DNA of 64,000 nucleotides from Kiritimatiellia bacterium (GTDB lineage Bacteria; Verrucomicrobiota; Kiritimatiellia; RFP12; UBA1067): NCBI GenBank assembly GCA_017406465.1, contig JAFQYM010000004.1, positions 10,570 to 74,569 of the forward strand, read 5' to 3'. Shown piece by piece: positions 58,975 to 64,000 of this stretch (position 1 is its first letter; each line of letters starts with the position of its first letter). The notes under the pieces were generated by a model. It saw only the letters and a program-made list of their open reading frames with translations, ran no database searches and was not told where the DNA came from. The position numbers and the translations under genes were made by a program.

Positions 58975-61464
58975 CTACAGGCTCCTTGGCAGCTCTTCGA
59001 GCGTGTAGCACTCGATAATGTCGCCGACTTGGAACTCCTCGTAGTCCGCGAAGCACACGCCGCACTCCTGCTGGCCGGTAACCTGAGCGACTTCGTCCTT
59101 GAAGTGGCGAAGCGTCTGCACCTTGCCGTCCCAAATCTGCTGTTTGTTGCGGAGGATGCGGTACTTCTCCTTGGCGATGAGCGAGCCGTCGAGCATCTGG
59201 GAGCCCGCGATCTTGCCGAGCTTGCCGATGTCGTAGATCGCCTTGATTTCCGCATGGCCCTTGATGACTTCCTTGTACTCTGGCGGCAGGAGGTCGAGCA
59301 TCGAGTTCTTGACGTGGTCGATGAGCTCGTAGATGATGCGGAAGGAGTTGATCCTTACGCCGTCGTGACGCGCCTGCTGCTGGACGCCGGAGTCGTTGGA
59401 AATGTCGAAGCCGACGATGATCGCCTTGCCGGCCGCCGCGGACTTGACGTCCGTAAGCGACACGTTGCCGGTGCCGGTGCCGATGACGTTGAGCCCCACT
59501 TTCTCGGACTTGATTTCCTGAAGAGCGGCAACAACCGCCTCGAGCGTGCCCTGGTTCTCGGACTTGACGATGACGTTGAGCTCGCGCTTGCCCTCGGCCG
59601 CCATGCGGCGCATGAGGGCGTCGAGCGTCGTCGCCTTGGAGGACGAAAGCTCCTGTTCCTTGCGCTCCTGAGCGGTCTGCTCGGCAAGCGTCCTTGCGCG
59701 CTTCTCGTCGAGCATGACGCGGAACTCCGCGCCTGCCTCGGGAACGCCGGAAAGACCGGTGCACTTGACGGGCATCGCGGGCGGCGCTTCTTTGATGCGG
59801 CGACCGTGGTCGTCGATAAGAGCGCGGACCTTGCCGAAATGCTCGCCAATAAGAATCGCGTCGCCGACCTTGAGCGTGCCGCCGGTGACGAGGAGAGTCG
59901 CGCAGGGGCCGAGCCCTTGCTGGAGCTCCGCCTCAATGACGTAGCCATTCGCGCGGCGATTTGGATTCGCCTGAAGCTCAAGCACCTCGGCCTGGACGAG
60001 AATGTTCTCGAGAAGAGCGTCAACGCCCTCGCCAGTCACGCCGGAGACAGGGCAGCAGATGATGTCGCCACCCCAGTCTTCAGGTGTGAGGCCACGCTTC
60101 TGGAGCTGCTGCTTTACGCGGTCAACGTTGGCCGTCGGCTTGTCGCACTTGGTGATGGCGACCATGATCTGGACGCCAGTCTGGCGCGCAACCTTGATGC
60201 ACTCCTCCGTTTGCGGCATGATGCCGTCGTCCGCCGCGATGATGAGCACCGCAATGTCGGTGAGCTGTGCGCCGCGCGCACGCATCGCGCTGAACGCGGC
60301 GTGGCCGGGGGTGTCGAGGAAGGTGATCTTCTTACCGGCGATCTCGACCTGGTAGGCGCTGATCTGCTGGGTTATGCCACCCGCCTCGCCAGCTGCGACA
60401 TGCTCCTTGCGGATCCAGTCCATGAGCGTCGTCTTGCCGTGGTCGACGTGACCGAGGAACGTGACGACTGGAGCGCGGGGCTTCAGCGTCTCGGGCGGAT
60501 CCTCCGGAATGAGATCGTCGGCGTCGATCGCCTTGAGGACGGGCTTCGCGGCGGTCTTGTCGCGCGCATGCTCGATCGTCACCTTGAAACCGTATTTCTC
60601 CGCAACCTTCGTCGCAACGTCAGGTTCGACGCGCTGGTTAATGGACGCAAGTATCTTGAGGCCCATCAGGTCCGCGATAAGGCGGTTCGGCTTGATGTTG
60701 AGCTTCGCGGCGAGATCCTTGACGATCACTGCGCCGCGAATCGAAATCTCCTTTGCCTCCTCGTCGACCGAGATGCGGCTGCCCTGCTGGGGAACGACCT
60801 GGGCGACGCGCGGCACCCCGCCGCGCTGCTTCTCGAACGCCTTCTGCGCGTCGCGGCCCTTCTTCCCCTTGCGGCCGCGCTCGTCCTCGTAGTCGTCGAC
60901 CTTGGGCGACTTCGGCGGCTTTGGCTTTGCGGGCGCAGCGACGGAAATGGAAATCGAATGAGCGGGTGAGGCGTGCTGAAGAGGCCTAAAGCCGGACGCG
61001 GCGGTGAGGCCGGTCTTTGCGGCGCTCACGGGGGCGACGGTCTTCGGCTTGTAGCCGGGCGCCATGCGGATGGCGGGCTTTGCCGGCGCGGCAGGCGCAT
61101 CCTTCGCGGAAGCGGCCTGGGGCTCACTCTTCGATGGCTCCGCGGCAGGGGTCGGCTCCACGGGAACCGCGGGCACGGGCTTCCCTTCTGCGGCGGCCTT
61201 GGCTATCGCGAGATGCCTCTCGAGCTTGGCCCGCTGCTCGGCGAAGAACTTGGCGTTGAGCTCAGCCGCGAGATTGCGCTTTTCGGAGCGCTTCGCGACG
61301 CGGCTCGCGCCTGCGTCCTTGCTGATGGCGGCCTTGAGCGCCGCCGCTTCTCCGTCATTGACGGAGCTAATGGCGCTCGTGGCCTCCATCCCGGCGGCTT
61401 CGGCCGCCTTGAGAACCTCGACGCTCGTCACGCCGATTTCCCTTGCTATTTCGTATATTCTCAT
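58975..61464 (-). CDS. infB: Translation initiation factor IF-2
   Basis: 829 aa. The G-domain is [17 protein letters not shown]...DTPGHAAF...TKCDK. Confidence 0.95.
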   Translation of the reverse strand: MRIYEIAREIGVTSVEVLKAAEAAGMEATSAISSVNDGEAAALKAAISKDAGASRVAKRSEKRNLAAELNAKFFAEQRAKLERHLAIAKAAAEGKPVPAVPVEPTPAAEPSKSEPQAASAKDAPAAPAKPAIRMAPGYKPKTVAPVSAAKTGLTAASGFRPLQHASPAHSISISVAAPAKPKPPKSPKVDDYEDERGRKGKKGRDAQKAFEKQRGGVPRVAQVVPQQGSRISVDEEAKEISIRGAVIVKDLAAKLNIKPNRLIADLMGLKILASINQRVEPDVATKVAEKYGFKVTIEHARDKTAAKPVLKAIDADDLIPEDPPETLKPRAPVVTFLGHVDHGKTTLMDWIRKEHVAAGEAGGITQQISAYQVEIAGKKITFLDTPGHAAFSAMRARGAQLTDIAVLIIAADDGIMPQTEECIKVARQTGVQIMVAITKCDKPTANVDRVKQQLQKRGLTPEDWGGDIICCPVSGVTGEGVDALLENILVQAEVLELQANPNRRANGYVIEAELQQGLGPCATLLVTGGTLKVGDAILIGEHFGKVRALIDDHGRRIKEAPPAMPVKCTGLSGVPEAGAEFRVMLDEKRARTLAEQTAQERKEQELSSSKATTLDALMRRMAAEGKRELNVIVKSENQGTLEAVVAALQEIKSEKVGLNVIGTGTGNVSLTDVKSAAAGKAIIVGFDISNDSGVQQQARHDGVRINSFRIIYELIDHVKNSMLDLLPPEYKEVIKGHAEIKAIYDIGKLGKIAGSQMLDGSLIAKEKYRILRNKQQIWDGKVQTLRHFKDEVAQVTGQQECGVCFADYEEFQVGDIIECYTLEELPRSL

Positions 61465-62756
61465 GCGTCAACAGCCTCCTCGCCGGCCATGAGCTTGGCG
61501 ACGGCCTGCGCCGCCGCGTAAATGCCCTTCGCCGTAACCTCGTCGAGACCGGTCGCCGCGATGAAGCTCGCTTCGTCCTCGCCGACAATCCCGTCAACCG
61601 AAAGGAAGCCCGCGTCGGCCATCTGGGTGGCGACCGCCGTCGAGACGGAGAACGTCTCGGCGAGCTCCTTGATGGCAGCGGCCTTCTGGTCCTCGAACGA
61701 GGCCGTCGCCATCGACTTGCGGATCTCCACATGCCAGCCGGTGAGCTTCGTCGTGAGCCGGACATTCTGGCCCCTCTTGCCGATCGCAAGCGAATACTGG
61801 TCAGCCGCCGCGACGACGTGGACCGTGTTAGGAAGCACAGGATCGACCTCGATCGACTCGAGCTTCGCCGGCGCAAGCGCCTGGGCGACGTACTGACGGA
61901 TGTCGTCGTTCCAGCGGACAATGTCGATCTTCTCGCCGTTGAGTTCGTTGACAATGGCCCTGACGCGGCTACCGCGCTGGCCGACGCATGCGCCGACGGG
62001 GTCGACGTTCTCGTTGGAAGTCCTGACCGCGAGCTTGGCGCGGTAGCCAGGGTCGCGGCTTACGCCCATGATCTCGACGATGCCGTCGGCGATTTCGCTG
62101 ACCTCGAGGCGGAAGAGCGCTTCGACAAACTTGCCGCTAGCGCGGGAAAGGACGACGCTCGGCCCCTTCGCGCTCTTGTCATCGGAGGAAACGACGCGAA
62201 GGATGATCGCGCGGATGGGATCGCCCACCTGGAACTCCTCTGTCGGGATGCGCTCCTTGCCGGGGAGGATCATCTCGGTCTTGCCGACGGTGACATAGAT
62301 GTCGCGATGGGAAACTGCGGAAACAGTGCCGGAGACGATGTCGCCGACGCGATCCTTGTATTCGGAAAAGGTGTTGGTGCGCTCGGCCTCGCGGATCTTC
62401 TGCATGATCATCTGGCGCGAAGTCTGCGCCGCGATGCGGCCGAGCCGAGAGGCGGGCATCTCGATTTCAATCGTCTCGCCCTCTGCGACGGGCTTTCCGT
62501 GGTTGGCGCGGGTGGCCCTCGCGATGGATATGAAGCCAGGGCCCGTATCCTCGTCGGAAGCCACTAATGTGTCAAACACGTGCAAGGAGAGATCTTTACG
62601 ATCAATTACTACGCGAAGATCGTTGGTGACGTCACGGTTTTTGCGTGCGGCCTGGCTGATTGCCTGCTCTATCGCCTGAAGGACGATTTCACGGCTGACG
62701 CCACGCTCGCTCTCGATATGCTGGACAACCGCCAGCAGCTGACTGTTCATCGCCAT
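61461..62756 (-). CDS. nusA: Transcription termination/antitermination factor NusA
   Basis: 431 aa with S1 and KH regions (...GDIVSGTVSAVSHRDIYVTVG..., ...AIGKRGQNVRLTTKLTGW...). A 4-nt overlap with infB. AAGGAGAG RBS. Confidence 0.95.
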   Translation of the reverse strand: MAMNSQLLAVVQHIESERGVSREIVLQAIEQAISQAARKNRDVTNDLRVVIDRKDLSLHVFDTLVASDEDTGPGFISIARATRANHGKPVAEGETIEIEMPASRLGRIAAQTSRQMIMQKIREAERTNTFSEYKDRVGDIVSGTVSAVSHRDIYVTVGKTEMILPGKERIPTEEFQVGDPIRAIILRVVSSDDKSAKGPSVVLSRASGKFVEALFRLEVSEIADGIVEIMGVSRDPGYRAKLAVRTSNENVDPVGACVGQRGSRVRAIVNELNGEKIDIVRWNDDIRQYVAQALAPAKLESIEVDPVLPNTVHVVAAADQYSLAIGKRGQNVRLTTKLTGWHVEIRKSMATASFEDQKAAAIKELAETFSVSTAVATQMADAGFLSVDGIVGEDEASFIAATGLDEVTAKGIYAAAQAVAKLMAGEEAVDA

Positions 62757-62832
62757 TTCAACTCTCCTTTTTTGTCAAAAATCAAAACACACCCAACGGT
62801 ACGGCCCATCCGAGCCGCCGAAAAGTTGTTGT

Positions 62833-62862
62833 AGTATAGCAAATAGCCCCCCGAGCGGTCAA
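62833..62862 (-). promoter_or_regulatory. nusA-infB promoter: TTGACC (-35), 18-nt spacer, extended -10 TGCTATACT
   Basis: Read directly. An A-rich tract lies upstream. The 5' UTR is about 75 nt. Confidence 0.6.
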
Positions 62863-62941
62863 CCCGCAAACCTACGATTTTTTATGTCTGGAGCCAGTTG
62901 TCCTGAGTGCGTTTGCTTGACGCTTGATTGCCTTCCAGCAT

Positions 62942-63101
62942 GCGGTCACGGTCGGGGCAACCGTGCTCGCCCTCGAGAAACGGCCGATTAGCGCGTCCTT
63001 GCAACCGCTCGGCGTATACATATACGCCATCGGGTCGCAGTCCTGCGCTACTCGTCTCGTTTTCGAGGGTTTCGCTCGGCTGCGGCCCCGACCGTGACCG
63101 C
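62942..63101. repeat. Long imperfect palindrome A (about 160 nt rod-like hairpin)
   Basis: There are four concentric helices:
- 17 bp perfect: 62942-62958 with 63085-63101.
- 7+5 bp: 62970-62982 with 63058-63069.
- 6 bp: 62989-62994 with 63045-63050.
- Apex GGCGTATA-CA-TATACGCC at 63011-63028. Confidence 0.85.
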
Positions 63102-63126
63102 GCATGGCATCCTCGGGCGCTGGGCA

Positions 63127-63314
63127 AACGGCGCATGCGTTCGTCTCTCGCTTCGGGGAAAAGCGCGACTCCTCCCGCGCACTGCATCCACCGTCCGCAG
63201 CGCGATACTTCGTCGGCGGAATACCGCCTTCTCGTCTCGCGCGCGTCCGTTGGCGCATCACGCGAACTGTCGTCGCGCCGTTCCCCTGCGCTCACTCCTT
63301 ACACATGCGCCGTT
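63127..63314. repeat. Long imperfect palindrome B (about 188 nt rod-like hairpin)
   Basis: There are three concentric helices:
- 11 bp: 63127-63137 with 63304-63314.
- 4+2+7 bp: 63155-63169 with 63272-63286.
- Apex GGCGG-AATA-CCGCC at 63215-63228. Confidence 0.8.
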
Positions 63315-63419
63315 AGCCCGACCTTCCGCTATGGCGCGTTTCTTTTCGTAGCATCTGCGCTCGCCGACTTATCGTCGGCTCGCTTAGCTGCATACGGCAA
63401 CAACGCGCAAATATGCATT

Positions 63420-63968
63420 TTACAACGGTTTCGCGGGGTCTGCCCCCGACGGCTCTACAACCACATGCCATTCTCCGCCATCTGCCTGATGCCTAATTTG
63501 CCCCTTGACCACAGAGCGACCATGACAAACCTTGGGAAGCACAGCAAAGAGGTATTTGACTAGCTCGCGCCTTACATCCTGCAATACGTAATCACCAATA
63601 GCCTCCTTCGGTACATTGTGCCGAATCTCGGCAAACTTTCTGCCGTCAAATCCATAGAAGCGCAACGCCGCCTCTGTCATCGACGGACGGTACGAGATGG
63701 CTATCGAATGATACCAGCTGCCGAAGCTCATTCGATATGTATACTCGGGGACGATCCTTATTGTCCGCAAGTCTGGGAAGGCATAGAACCTTGCACATGA
63801 ATTCAGCACAAACGACATCTTCGACAGCATCTCATCATACGAACAGTCGCGATTGATTCCCGCCAGACGTGGCCACGCTTCCGCCTTGGCATATGTCTCC
63901 GGATCTGTTTCCTTGCGCTCGAAGTAGTATCTTTGGCTGTCGATTGAGTTTTTACGAAGGTCAAGCAT
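63420..63968 (-). CDS. Hypothetical protein (182 aa), lower GC than the surroundings
   Basis: Plausible amino-acid composition (MLDLRKNSIDSQRYYFERKETDPETYAKAEAW...). No family recognised. Confidence 0.55.
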   Translation of the reverse strand: MLDLRKNSIDSQRYYFERKETDPETYAKAEAWPRLAGINRDCSYDEMLSKMSFVLNSCARFYAFPDLRTIRIVPEYTYRMSFGSWYHSIAISYRPSMTEAALRFYGFDGRKFAEIRHNVPKEAIGDYVLQDVRRELVKYLFAVLPKVCHGRSVVKGQIRHQADGGEWHVVVEPSGADPAKPL

Positions 63969-64000
63969 ATCAACGGCATTGGACGCTACCTGAGCGTAGG

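Noticed and set aside
58387-60969. An 860-aa plus-strand ORF, plus similar long plus-strand ORFs at 35461..37572, 7523..9214, 32560..34245, 53001..54482, 54872..56455, 12388..13716 and 26015..27163.
   Set aside because: - All lie antisense to unmistakable conserved genes (infB, thrS, malic enzyme, r-proteins and others).
- All show low-complexity Arg/Leu/Asp/Gly-rich shadow-frame composition.
63127-63314. Considered that the long palindromes might be integron attC sites following a gene cassette (the lower-GC ORF 63420..63968).
   Set aside because: - At 160-190 nt they are longer than typical attC sites.
- The outer boxes do not fit RYYYAAC / GTTRRRY.
- No intI or attI is in the window.
62872-63563. 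ORFs 62872..63261(-), 62882..63295(-) and 62928..63563(+), considered as protein-coding genes.
   Set aside because: - Their products are Arg/Ser/Pro/Ala-rich and implausible.
- The three mutually overlap in different frames.
- The DNA is better explained by two long concentric palindromes.

Overview
High-GC bacterial chromosome segment (judged by eye at over 60% GC; not computed). Coding is almost entirely on the minus strand, with one plus-strand gene, a GH16 hydrolase. The gene content (LamG proteins, an FGE-domain Ser/Thr kinase with a coupled ECF sigma factor, an exosortase-EpsI fusion, BACON/Big2/Flg_new/LRR surface proteins) suggests a PVC-type organism such as Lentisphaerae, Kiritimatiellae or Verrucomicrobia; this is inference only.

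Layout:
- 1-13.7 kb: a secreted glycoside-hydrolase-like ORF that is missing from the supplied ORF track, an esterase, an acyl-CoA synthetase, an XRE-cupin regulator, malic enzyme, a WecA-like GT4 fusion, an exosortase-EpsI fusion and an oxidoreductase.
- About 13,995-22,135: a visibly lower-GC island. It carries a roughly 2,200-aa multi-domain surface protein split by a 1-nt frameshift, followed by a tightly coupled three-gene cassette of unknown function (Zn-ribbon, small helical protein, Cys-cluster plus UDG-fold-like protein).
- 22.1-26.2 kb: a LamG protein, then an ECF sigma factor translationally coupled to an STK-FGE kinase.
- 26.3-47.3 kb: housekeeping genes (PPIase, hexokinase, rsmA, AsmA-like, tRNA-Glu, two tRNA-Leu, GH16, Tat metallophosphoesterase-MBL fusion, argF, thrS, dnaJ, grpE, argG, rsmD, queD, BatA-like VWA). 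This block also holds an ExbB/ExbD pair followed by a 908-aa TonB/TolA-type (SxxxH anchor) coiled-coil protein.
- 47.4-56.0 kb: the S10-spc ribosomal protein cluster, with no L29 or L30 gene and no secY block after it.
- 56.5-62.8 kb: a beta-lactamase-family hydrolase, fmt, infB and nusA.
- 62.9-63.3 kb: a non-coding region that forms two tandem rod-like hairpins.

Recurrent non-genic signals:
- (i) An extended -10 promoter consensus TGnTATAAT/TATACT occurs in most intergenic regions. In four cases it sits 6-7 nt before the start codon, implying leaderless mRNAs.
- (ii) STRR-like tandem heptanucleotide repeats fill several short intergenic gaps and one intra-protein linker.
- (iii) The S10 operon has a long GC-rich leader with five TCGCGAC copies and an attenuator-like terminator.

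All calls come from reading the sequence and the ORF track. No database search or computation was run.
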